Part shown: positions 31,398-40,254 of the stretch, one piece after another | How the letters are laid out: each line of letters starts with the position of its first letter | Position numbering within the stretch: the first letter of the stretch is position 1 | Assembly (NCBI GenBank): GCA_030754595.1 | Contig: JASLZZ010000096.1 | Coordinates: forward strand, 1 to 59,663 | Source of the DNA: Nitrospinota bacterium | GTDB lineage: Bacteria > UBA8248 | Length of the DNA: 59,663 nt | Direction of reading: 5' to 3' | Notes under the pieces: generated by a model | Told to the model about the DNA's origin: nothing | The model's database searches: none | The model's input: the letters and a program-made list of their open reading frames with translations, nothing else | Program-made: the position numbers and the translations under genes

Positions 31398-32177
31398 ATG
31401 GGCAAGAAAAATCGGCGGCGGACGATATCCGATAACCCGGCCCAACCAAACCCGGCCCGCGATTTCCAGTCCTTACTGAAAACGACTTTGAACCACCTCA
31501 AGTCGGGGAAGGTGGTTGAAGCCGAAGAGGCATACAAGGAAATTCTCAGGCTCCTCGAGGATTCCATCGGCGCGGGTAGCGGCTCCGCCTCCATGAAGGA
31601 GGGTTCGGACCCTCCCTCTCTTAAAGCCGCTTTCACCCGCGATCCTGAAATTATCAAAATATTTTCGGAAGTGCACAATAACCTGGGAGTCGCCCTTCAA
31701 TTTCAGGGAAAGACGGGTGAAGCCGCGGAAAATTACCAGCGGACTATCGCTCTCAACCCGGAAAATATCGACGCCCTTAATAATATGGGAGTCGTCATGC
31801 AAGGGCTGGGAAGATGGGGTGATGCGGCCGATTTCTTTCGCCGGACGATTTCCATCGATTCGGATCATCCCGATGCTCATGCTAATCTCGGGACCGCATT
31901 GATGAGCATGGGTGAATTCGAAGAGGCGATCGCTGTCTCCCGGCATGCGTTGAAAATCAATCCTCGAAAGGAAGTGGCGCTCAATACCCTTGGTAATGCA
32001 CAAAAAAATCTGGGCCGGTTCGATGAGGTTATCGAAAACTACGGAAAAACGTTGGATTTAAATCCCGGAAATATCGACGCGCTCGGTAGCCTGGGAACTA
32101 TATTTTTGTCGAAGGGAAATCTGGATTCGGCTCTGGCCTCCTTTCGGCGGGCCGGGCATTCTAGAAAGGCGAATTTT
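31398..32177 (+). CDS. TPR-repeat protein, apparently truncated and running in frame into an OsmC gene
   Basis: MGKKNRRR start; repeated NNLG/ANLG..A...Y..AL.L.P TPR units; no stop before the OsmC ATG. Confidence 0.7.
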
Positions 32178-32594
32178 ATGAACGGAAATACCCTGAAGGT
32201 TAACCTGGAGTGGTTGGAGGGAAAGAAAATTCAGGCATCCGCCCGAGGCAGCCATCTCACGGTTGATCGGATTTATGAAGATGGCCGGGAGGGCATGGGG
32301 TTCCGGCCCACCGAACTTTATTTGTCCGCTCTTGGGGCTTGTACAATGGGGACGCTCCTCAACTTTTGCGAAAACATGAACATCCCCATTGAAAATTTCT
32401 CTGTCGAGGTTGAGGGAAGGCGGGAAAAAAATCCCGAGAGAATCAACGAGGTGGAAATATCCATCTCGTTGACCGGAGAAATTCCCGGTGATCGGGTGGC
32501 GACGCTTGAGCGGGTGGCCAAGGGTTGCCGGGTCCATTACACCATGACCCATCCCCCGAAGATTAGTTTGAATTTAACCGTAACCGATAAGTGA
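32178..32594 (+). CDS. OsmC/Ohr-family protein
   Basis: Own RBS (AGAAAGG) before ATG 32178; GFRPTELYLSALGAC and CRVH Cys pair. Confidence 0.85.
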   Translation: MNGNTLKVNLEWLEGKKIQASARGSHLTVDRIYEDGREGMGFRPTELYLSALGACTMGTLLNFCENMNIPIENFSVEVEGRREKNPERINEVEISISLTGEIPGDRVATLERVAKGCRVHYTMTHPPKISLNLTVTDK

Positions 32595-32772
32595 GTTGAA
32601 AACCGGCGCGCGAAATATCGCGTCGTGCCGTTGAGATTTGCCCGGAGTCCGGTAACGCACACAAACGCCTTGGGGTGATGCTTGCAGGCCGTTGCCCCAT
32701 GGCGCAGACCTCGGGTAGGTTGGTTGCTGAAATTGGCCTTTTTTTAGTTTTTCATCTATTCCAGAGGGTCCC

Positions 32773-33711
32773 GTGCGCCAGGACTTAGAGCTTCTCCAGG
32801 GAGCGATTGACACCCATAGCCATACCTCTCCCAGCCTTTTTCCGCGGGTCTGCGACAACGTGGAGTATGCTCGGGCCGCCGCCGCCGCCGGTATGCGCGC
32901 GGTGGTCTTCAAGTTTCACCATGGCGACACCTCGGGGCGCATCCCGTTCGTCCGCCAGATCGTGGGGGATGAGATCGATGTCTATGGCGGGATTACACTG
33001 AACAACGCCGTGGGCGGGTTCAATCCGTTCGCCGTGGACACCGCCATCCGCCTGGGAGCGAAGATGGTCTGGATGCCGACGCTGAGCGCGAAGAACCACC
33101 TCGACAAACTCGGCGCCCCGCATTTTCCGGGCCAAAAGCAGGTGGGCAAGGTCCGCCTCAAGGAAAAGCCCCTGACCATCTTCGCCGACGAAAAACGGCG
33201 GAAAATCCTCCCCGAGGTCCGCACCATCTGCCGCCTCGTCGCCGGAGCGGGCATCTGTCTCAGCACGGGCCACCTCGACCCCGGCGAGGTCCGCGCCCTC
33301 ATCAAGATGGCCAAAACCGAAGGGGTGAAAAAAATCATCGTCCAGCACCCCGAATACATCGTGGACGCCACCATCGAAGAGCAGGCCGAGTTCGCCCGCA
33401 TGGGAGCACTCATCGAACACCTGGCCATTTTCTGCTTCACCCACTGGGGCGCCTATCCCACGAAGAAGGACGGCCCGCCCAATTCGGTGAAGGAGCAGGT
33501 GAAGATGATTCGGGCGGCCGGGCCGGGGAGGACGATACTGGCCACCGATCTGGGGCAAATTCACAACTCCCCGCCCTGGGAAGGGCTCCGCGTCTTCGTC
33601 CAGCTCCTGCTCGAACACGGCGTCAAGCCCGCCGAAATCGACCAAATGATCCGCCGCAATCCGGCCAAGGTGCTCGGCCTCCGGGCAGCTCCCGGAAAAA
33701 AATCGAAATAA
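32773..33711 (+). CDS. DUF6282-like amidohydrolase-fold protein
   Basis: GAIDTHSH, GITLNNAVGG, WMPT, STGH, QHPE, TDLGQ. Confidence 0.75.
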   Translation: MRQDLELLQGAIDTHSHTSPSLFPRVCDNVEYARAAAAAGMRAVVFKFHHGDTSGRIPFVRQIVGDEIDVYGGITLNNAVGGFNPFAVDTAIRLGAKMVWMPTLSAKNHLDKLGAPHFPGQKQVGKVRLKEKPLTIFADEKRRKILPEVRTICRLVAGAGICLSTGHLDPGEVRALIKMAKTEGVKKIIVQHPEYIVDATIEEQAEFARMGALIEHLAIFCFTHWGAYPTKKDGPPNSVKEQVKMIRAAGPGRTILATDLGQIHNSPPWEGLRVFVQLLLEHGVKPAEIDQMIRRNPAKVLGLRAAPGKKSK

Positions 33712-33714
33712 CCG

Positions 33715-33750
33715 TGCCGGGAGAAGGCGGGGGATTCCCCGCCGCCGGCA
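33715..33750 (+). other. GC-rich stem-loop after the first DUF6282-like gene
   Basis: TGCCGG..GGCGGGG-GATT-CCCCGCC-G-CCGGCA; no U-tract. Confidence 0.5.
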
Positions 33751-34033
33751 GGCTTCGGATACGTCCCTCAAATCTTCCGCCAACCACAAGGCGCTCGGGC
33801 GCCCTCGAACCACATTCTTCTCGACAACGGTCATACTTCCAGAGGATCCGATTTCGCGGAGTGCGGGCGCCCCGGGCAGCGTTCCTTGCAAGGGAAATGG
33901 GCGCAATCTATAAATAAATTGTTTCAAAATTTAATTTGCGAATCGTGGGCGAGGATTGTTGTGCGTTGGTGGAGGCGTATCTGCCGGCGGGAATTTTTCT
34001 GATTCCTCGAAATCATAAGGAGATTTATTCGCC

Positions 34034-35119
34034 GTGGCACAGGGACACGAAGGATTCAATCTTGAAGAGCTGCTGAAAGTCGAAGTTTCGAACGAGCGGA
34101 TCGAAAGGCTAAAGAAATTGACGAGTTTTGACGACCCGGACATAACCCCCGAGGTGGAGGAGTATCTTCTCCGCCAGTTCGCGAAGTTGTGCCACATCCA
34201 ATACGGCCGGTTTCTCTCCGGGGTGACATTCACCGAGGAGGATATAGACGAGTGCATGTGCGGTGCCATAGACATTCATACCCACGGAGGCTCCGATCCC
34301 TTCGACCGGCTCCTGCTCGAGGACGAGATGGCCATCGAGCACACCCAGGCGCGCATGCGGGCGCTGGTCATCAAGACATGGTACACCCCGAGCGCTTCGC
34401 GGGTCGCCATGACCGAAAGGGCGCTGAGGCTATGGCTTGACCGCCAGGAGGACGAAACCCTGGTTCCGGCGAGAGTGTTCGGCGGAATCACCCTGAACGC
34501 CAGCCAGGGGGGGCTCAACCCCGAAGCCGTCAAAAAGTGCCTGGGTTTCAGGGGGATGAAATACGTGTGGATGCCCATGGTGGACAGCTACCATCACCGC
34601 CGCGTGGTGTTCGATGACCGGGACTACGGCCTTCGCATCGTGGACGGTAAGTACAATGTGCTGGAACCTCTGAAGGAGATATGCAAAATCGCGGCGGACA
34701 ACGACCTCACCATCGCCAGCGGACACTATCCCGCGGAGGATACCCGCGCGCTCATGGAATGCGCGAAAAACGCCGGGGTCAAGCACATGGAGATCATCCA
34801 TCCCACCCACATTCACTCGAAACACACGATTGAGGATATGAAGCAGGCGGCCTCCGAGGGCGTGAAGCTGATGTTGATGGGTCTCGGGTCCACTTGTTTC
34901 CCGATCCACGAAACGGGCCCGCTCTACAGCGTCCAGATGATCAAGGAGGTGGGCGCGGAGAACCTGGTCTACGGATCGGACCTGGGGCAGATCCAGAACC
35001 CCTCGCACGTCACCATCACGAGGTGGTTGATGAAGCTGCTGCTCAGCTTCGGGGCGACCAAGGAAGAGGTGAAGACCGTTTTCCAGACCGCACCGGCCGC
35101 GCATCTTGAGCTCGACTGA
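34034..35119 (+). CDS. DUF6282-like amidohydrolase-fold protein with an acidic N-terminal extension
   Basis: GAIDIHTH, GITLNASQGG, WMP, SGH, IHP, SDLGQ. Confidence 0.75.
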   Translation: MAQGHEGFNLEELLKVEVSNERIERLKKLTSFDDPDITPEVEEYLLRQFAKLCHIQYGRFLSGVTFTEEDIDECMCGAIDIHTHGGSDPFDRLLLEDEMAIEHTQARMRALVIKTWYTPSASRVAMTERALRLWLDRQEDETLVPARVFGGITLNASQGGLNPEAVKKCLGFRGMKYVWMPMVDSYHHRRVVFDDRDYGLRIVDGKYNVLEPLKEICKIAADNDLTIASGHYPAEDTRALMECAKNAGVKHMEIIHPTHIHSKHTIEDMKQAASEGVKLMLMGLGSTCFPIHETGPLYSVQMIKEVGAENLVYGSDLGQIQNPSHVTITRWLMKLLLSFGATKEEVKTVFQTAPAAHLELD

Positions 35120-35208
35120 GAGGGGAGAAGCGCCGGGGGTTCCTGAAAAACGGCACGCCGGCGCATGCTCCGATGTTTCAACCGTGAGAAAAAAACGGGA
35201 AACCGGAC

Positions 35209-36552
35209 ATGACGGAGGGGAGCAAGGACGATTTGTCTTCTCATCTCGTTGTTGAGGAGGATGCCCTCTGGCGCACTTTCCTCGAAATCTGTGCATTCGG
35301 AGGCCGGTTTTGCGGTACGGACGGGGAGCGCCGCGCGACGCATTTTCTCGAGGATCGTTTGCGCGCCGCGGGTTTGGCGGAGGTGGAGCGCCGGGAGGTC
35401 GATTATGTGGGCTGGCGGTGCGACGAATGCCGGCTGGAGCTTCCTGAACGGCCCGGGTGGACGGCCCGCGTCCTGCCCCTCGTTTACAGCTCCGCCACGC
35501 CGAAGGATGGTTTGGTTTTGGAAGCCGTCGATCTGGGCCGGGGCGCACCCGAGGATTTTTCCCGCCGGCGAAAGGACATCGCCGGGCGGGCGGTCATCCT
35601 CGATACGGAATATTCCTTCTCGGCCGGGTCCATCCACCGGCGGCAAAAGTTTTTGTCCGCCCTGGAGGCCGGGGCCGCCGCATTGGTCATCGTCAATCCG
35701 AGGGGGGGAGGCGTTCCCGCGACCGGCTCCACTCGTCCCGAGGGTTCGGAAATCCCCGCCGTGGGCATCTCAAAAGAGGACGGCGCCATGGTACGGGAGA
35801 TGGCCGGCCGGCCGGAAGGGCGAATACGGCTGAGTCTTCAAACCGAGACCACCCCCGCCCGGGCGGCGAATCTATTCGGGCGAATTTTCGGCGGGGACGG
35901 CCGGGAGCGGGTGATTTTGTGCGCGCACTATGACGGACACAACTGCGGCGAGTCCGCCATCGACAATGCTTCCGGCACGGCGGTCGCCCTGGAGCTGGCT
36001 CGCCTGTTGTCCGTCCGGACCCGGTCTTTTTCCCGCGATTTTGAAGTGCATTTTTACTCGGTGGAGGAATGGGGCCTTCAGGGTTCCCGCGCCTACGCGG
36101 ATTCCCTGTCCGAGGATGAGGCGGGACGAATCGCTCTTGCGATCAATCTTGATGTCGTCGCGGGGAGCGAACATCTGACGTGGATGTGCAACGGATTTAC
36201 GGACCTGGCCGGGTGGGTCCAAGGGGCTTTGGGTGAGGAGCCGACTCGGTGCGCCGTGAGCGAGCGGGTCGCCATTAATTCCGATCATGCGAATTACGTC
36301 CGGCGGGGAATTCCCGCCCTGCGCCTGTTGGCGGGGATGGATGAGCCGGAGTCGCGTTGCGGGTACCATCTTTCACCGGCGGATACTTCCGATAAGGTTG
36401 ACTTGCCCGAGTTGGCGGCGGCGGCCTCGGTGACCTCCCGGCTTCTTCTAAAGGCCCTGAATCACTCAGGGCCCATCGCGCGGCACAAGACACCGGACGA
36501 AGTATCCCGGCTCCTATCGTTTACTTATGGGTTCGGCCCCGCACCGAGGTAG
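35209..36552 (+). CDS. M28-family peptidase with a PA domain
   Basis: AHYD, DNASG, EEWG, NLD and YH zinc motifs; no signal peptide. Confidence 0.85.
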   Translation: MTEGSKDDLSSHLVVEEDALWRTFLEICAFGGRFCGTDGERRATHFLEDRLRAAGLAEVERREVDYVGWRCDECRLELPERPGWTARVLPLVYSSATPKDGLVLEAVDLGRGAPEDFSRRRKDIAGRAVILDTEYSFSAGSIHRRQKFLSALEAGAAALVIVNPRGGGVPATGSTRPEGSEIPAVGISKEDGAMVREMAGRPEGRIRLSLQTETTPARAANLFGRIFGGDGRERVILCAHYDGHNCGESAIDNASGTAVALELARLLSVRTRSFSRDFEVHFYSVEEWGLQGSRAYADSLSEDEAGRIALAINLDVVAGSEHLTWMCNGFTDLAGWVQGALGEEPTRCAVSERVAINSDHANYVRRGIPALRLLAGMDEPESRCGYHLSPADTSDKVDLPELAAAASVTSRLLLKALNHSGPIARHKTPDEVSRLLSFTYGFGPAPR

Positions 36553-36555
36553 GTT

Positions 36556-38256
36556 TTATTTGGCCGGCGCGGAAGAGGCCTTGGTCTCGACGGAGGCGGG
36601 GATGGGCTCGAACCAGGCTTCGATTCCGGCATCCCCCTTTCGGACGAAGACGTTTCCGAGCCAGTTTTCGTTATCCTCTTTCGGGTAATCTTCCCTGAAA
36701 TGGGCTCCGCGGGATTCTTTTCGAATGAGCGCGGACCGGATGGCCGCCTCGGAAGTGTCCAGCATGTTCAGCAGTTCGTGGTACCGGATGATGTGGTCCG
36801 GCTTCCGAATTTTTCCGCCCTGGAGAAGGTCCCGGATTTTGCCGATCGCACCGAGCCCGGCGAGCAGGTTTTCCTCGGTGCGGATGATGCCGTTTTTTTT
36901 CCAGTTGATTTCTCTCATTTCCCGGCGCAGGTCCGCGATGTCGGGCCCCTCTTCCTGAAACGCGAGGGGAGGGAGCATCGCCGCGATGGATTCCTCTCCA
37001 GCGGAGTGCGGTACCTCGCGTCTCTTGGCATATTCGGCCGCGGCGGCGCCGGAGAGCGCGCCGAACACGACGCATTCGCTGAGGGCGTTGCCGCTCAGGC
37101 GGTTTGCGCCATGCGTTCCGCCGCAGGCCTCCCCCGCCGCGAGAAGGCCGCGCACCCCGCTTTCGAGGTGGCCGTTGACCGAAATGCCGCCCATGTAGTG
37201 GTGCACCACGGGGGTGATAATCACCGGATCCTTCCCGAATTCAAGGCCGAGCCTGCGCATGGCTTCGGTGAGATGGTGGTATTTCACTTCGAGCACCTCC
37301 CGGTCAACGCCCGAAGCGTCGAAGTATACGCCGCCTTCCACGCCCCGCCCGGCCCGCACTTCCCGAAAGATGGCGAGGCTGGTCTGATCGCGTGTCGCCA
37401 TGTCCTTGGCTTCGGGGTAATAGCGCGGCATGAAGCGCTCTTGATCCTTGTTCCGTAAAATCGCGCCATCGCCCATCATGACGCTCGAGATGGTGGAACG
37501 GAACGGGCTGATCCCCCAGTTGGGATAGAACTGGGGAAATTCCAGGTCGCGGAGGGTCGCGCCGGCGTCTAGCGCCAGCGCGTAGCTGTCGCCCGTGATA
37601 TCCGCCGTGTTGTTTGTGTGTGAGAACATCTGTCCGGCGCCGCCGGCGGCGATGATAATCGCCTTGGTGCGAATGAAGAGATAGCGTTCCTTTTCCTCAT
37701 CCATGGTCAGCGCACCTTCGATGGCGCCGTCCCGGCTAACGAGTCTGAGAACGGGTGTGCGATCCAAGAAGGTGACCCCCAGATTTTCCGCGAATTTCAG
37801 AAGGGGCAAAGTGATGGACTGTCCCCGGGCATTTTTAGGCAGGTGATCGGTCTCGGTGCGGAGACTGCGCCTCTTGGTGTGGCCGGGGGGTTGTCCGCGC
37901 AAAAGGTCTCCGCTCTTGTCCCGGCCGAGGACGACGCCGAGTCGGGAGAGGCCGAAGACTTCCTTTTCCGAATTTTCGGCCAAAAGGCGGGTCAGGACCG
38001 GATCGCACAACCCTTTTCCGCTCGTTAGCGTGTCTTCAATATGCTGTTCGATTGAATCGCCGGGGTCCACGTCGGACGAGGAGACGGCGATACCGCCTTC
38101 GGCGACCAGGGTGTTTCCGCTGCGGCCGGCCTTGCGTTTGCATGCCACCATGACGCTGACGCCACCCTCGGCGGCGGCGATGGCCGCGCGGAGCCCCGCG
38201 AGGCCGCCTCCCACGATTAAGACGTCTGTATCGAGTTGATCGACAGTCGGGGTCAT
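36556..38256 (-). CDS. SdhA/FrdA/NadB-family FAD flavoprotein (stand-alone)
   Basis: GGGLAG, TGD, QFYP, TRD, HHYMGG, HGANRLSGN, RKESRGAH. Confidence 0.85.
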   Translation of the reverse strand: MTPTVDQLDTDVLIVGGGLAGLRAAIAAAEGGVSVMVACKRKAGRSGNTLVAEGGIAVSSSDVDPGDSIEQHIEDTLTSGKGLCDPVLTRLLAENSEKEVFGLSRLGVVLGRDKSGDLLRGQPPGHTKRRSLRTETDHLPKNARGQSITLPLLKFAENLGVTFLDRTPVLRLVSRDGAIEGALTMDEEKERYLFIRTKAIIIAAGGAGQMFSHTNNTADITGDSYALALDAGATLRDLEFPQFYPNWGISPFRSTISSVMMGDGAILRNKDQERFMPRYYPEAKDMATRDQTSLAIFREVRAGRGVEGGVYFDASGVDREVLEVKYHHLTEAMRRLGLEFGKDPVIITPVVHHYMGGISVNGHLESGVRGLLAAGEACGGTHGANRLSGNALSECVVFGALSGAAAAEYAKRREVPHSAGEESIAAMLPPLAFQEEGPDIADLRREMREINWKKNGIIRTEENLLAGLGAIGKIRDLLQGGKIRKPDHIIRYHELLNMLDTSEAAIRSALIRKESRGAHFREDYPKEDNENWLGNVFVRKGDAGIEAWFEPIPASVETKASSAPAK

Positions 38257-38259
38257 GTG

Positions 38260-39051
38260 TTACCTGCTGGAGGGGTGAGCCGGCGCGCGCGCAACGCTCT
38301 CGAGCAGGCGGCCCGCCCCCGGGATTGAATCGGCGATACCGGCCGCTCCGAGCGCCGCCCAGAGCAGCGCCCCATTGCTGGTGACGACGGGCTTTCCGAG
38401 TTCGGCCTCGAGCGGCGCGGACGCGGGAAGCGCCCTGATGTCGGTCGCCAGCAGGGCGATGGCGTCCGCGTCGGGGCAGTCGGCCTGGCGCCCGAGATCG
38501 ATGATGCTGGATACGGGAAGGCGGCAAATCTCCTTCTTGTCCGTCACCCGCAAGTTCACGATCCGGACCGCTTCGAGGCCGTAGTATGCGCAGTATGCGT
38601 TCAGGATAGGGTTCATGGACTCGGGATAAGTTACGCCGATGGCGATACGTTTGGCGCCGAGTGAGCGAAGCGCCTCCGCGGTGGCCGTGCTGACGGCGAC
38701 GGCCGGTGCGCCGGTATTTTCTTCCACCTTGTGGACGAATTCCTCCGCCCAGCCGGGTTTGACGGCGATGGCGCTCGCCATGCACGCATATGCGATCAGA
38801 TCGACGAAAGCGACTTCCAGTTGTTCCACGGCGCGGAGATGGCGGCTTTCAATGTTCCGGGCTTCTTGGACGCTGAAGGTGCGACCCGTCGAGATGCGCG
38901 AAAAGTGGGCCGAGACACCGTCCGGAAGATAATGCGCGCACTCGGCCTCGAGAACGGTGTTGTTCGAGGGGATGATAAAGCCGATTCGCGCACGATCACC
39001 GTACAAGACAGGGTCCTTTCTTGAGCCAGCCGAAATACCGGCGGGCATCAT
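38260..39051 (-). CDS. Maleate isomerase / arylmalonate decarboxylase / Asp-Glu racemase family protein
   Basis: IGFIIPSNNTVLE, YACMAS, LLATD, GKPVVTSN. Confidence 0.82.
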   Translation of the reverse strand: MMPAGISAGSRKDPVLYGDRARIGFIIPSNNTVLEAECAHYLPDGVSAHFSRISTGRTFSVQEARNIESRHLRAVEQLEVAFVDLIAYACMASAIAVKPGWAEEFVHKVEENTGAPAVAVSTATAEALRSLGAKRIAIGVTYPESMNPILNAYCAYYGLEAVRIVNLRVTDKKEICRLPVSSIIDLGRQADCPDADAIALLATDIRALPASAPLEAELGKPVVTSNGALLWAALGAAGIADSIPGAGRLLESVARAPAHPSSR

Positions 39052-39068
39052 AGCACCGGAAATTTGAT

Positions 39069-39086
39069 CCTGTACATATGAACAGG
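39069..39086. promoter_or_regulatory. Palindrome CCTGT-ACATATGA-ACAGG in a divergent intergenic region (candidate operator)
   Basis: Dyad symmetry between the divergent starts at 39051 and 39186. Confidence 0.5.
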
Positions 39087-39185
39087 GATGTCGGCATGGA
39101 TGTGTTGCCCGAGGTCTTGTTACATGTTACGGATCAGCGCGTACCATGGAGAGCGTTTTTTCATATCTGTTCCGGAGGAGCTTTC

Positions 39186-40199
39186 ATGCGGCTTGGTCTC
39201 ACCATCGTCGGGGACTCGCTTGAAAACTTTGTCCGCTATGTCCGGCAGGCGGAAGAGGCCGGTGTCGCCGCCGTCGGTTCAGGAGATTCGCAATCCCTCT
39301 ACCATGAAGTATGGTCGCGGTGCACGCTCGCGGGGGTGAATTCCGAAAACGCGTTGGTGGGCCCATGGGCGACCAACCCGGTGACCAGGCATCCGAGCGT
39401 TACGGCGGGCGCCGCCGCGACGCTCGCCGTGCTCACTGGCGGCCGCGCCTATGTCGGCATCGGCCCGGGTGACTCCGCTGTATACAACATCGGCCATAAG
39501 CCCGCGAAGTTGTCTCGTCTGGAAGCGTATATCCTTGCCGTCCGCCGGCTTTTAGAGGAAGGCGAAGCGGATTGGGATGGAAAACCCGCCCGCCTCGACT
39601 ATCCGCACCCTCCCGTCAAAATTGCCATGCCCGCTTCCGGCCCCAAGGCCCTCCGGCTCGCCGGCAAGGTGGCCGATATGGTCTGGGTCTGCACGGGTCT
39701 GACGCCGGAGGTGATCCGCGAGGCCACCTCGATCCTCGCGGAGGGCGCCGAGGAAGGAGGCAGGACGCTTGACGACCTCGATATCTGGTGGGTGGGGCTC
39801 TTGAACATCCGGGAGAGCCGGGAGGCGGCGATCGAGGAACTCAAATTCTCCCTCGCCAGCTATGCGCACATCATTTTCCGCTACACCATGGACGGTAAGG
39901 CCGTTCCGCCGGAGCTCTCCGGAGCCATCCAGCGCTTGGCGGAGGGGTATCAGTCCCGCTTTCACGTCCAGCCGGGCGGCGAAAATCCCAACGCAAAGCT
40001 CGTGGAGGAGTTGGGTCTCAAGGGCTATTTAGCCGACAGGCTCTCCATCACAGGAACCCTGAAAGAATGCCTGGAGCGGTTCCGGCGGCTCAAGGAAATG
40101 GGGGTCGAGCAGGTTTGGTCTCCGGTCCGTTTCGCGGACAAGCAGCCGCTCATGAACGCCATTTGCGATGAATTGATGCCGGAGCTTGGAAAGATTTAG
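39186..40199 (+). CDS. LLM-class flavin/F420-dependent oxidoreductase (Mer-like)
   Basis: GDSQ, ATNPVTRHPSVTA, GIGPGDSA, ASGPKALRLAG; GGAGGAG RBS. Confidence 0.88.
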   Translation: MRLGLTIVGDSLENFVRYVRQAEEAGVAAVGSGDSQSLYHEVWSRCTLAGVNSENALVGPWATNPVTRHPSVTAGAAATLAVLTGGRAYVGIGPGDSAVYNIGHKPAKLSRLEAYILAVRRLLEEGEADWDGKPARLDYPHPPVKIAMPASGPKALRLAGKVADMVWVCTGLTPEVIREATSILAEGAEEGGRTLDDLDIWWVGLLNIRESREAAIEELKFSLASYAHIIFRYTMDGKAVPPELSGAIQRLAEGYQSRFHVQPGGENPNAKLVEELGLKGYLADRLSITGTLKECLERFRRLKEMGVEQVWSPVRFADKQPLMNAICDELMPELGKI

Positions 40200-40254
40200 C
40201 CGGTTGGCGGCCGGTCAATATCTTGTTTTCATCTTCTGATTCGGGAGTTTTGTC

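Noticed and set aside
32785..33927. 380-aa antisense ORF, and similar long shadows (34430-35548, 51631-52635, 56701-57879, 20521-21468)
   Set aside because: They lie opposite well-supported genes, carry no motifs and are expected in high-GC3 DNA
36556..38256. Calling the flavoprotein sdhA or nadB
   Set aside because: Key residues differ and no partner genes are present, so no symbol was assigned
39070..39085. LexA SOS box (CTGT-N8-ACAG)
   Set aside because: It matches the gamma/betaproteobacterial pattern, but the flanking genes are catabolic and the host does not look gammaproteobacterial; kept only as a generic operator
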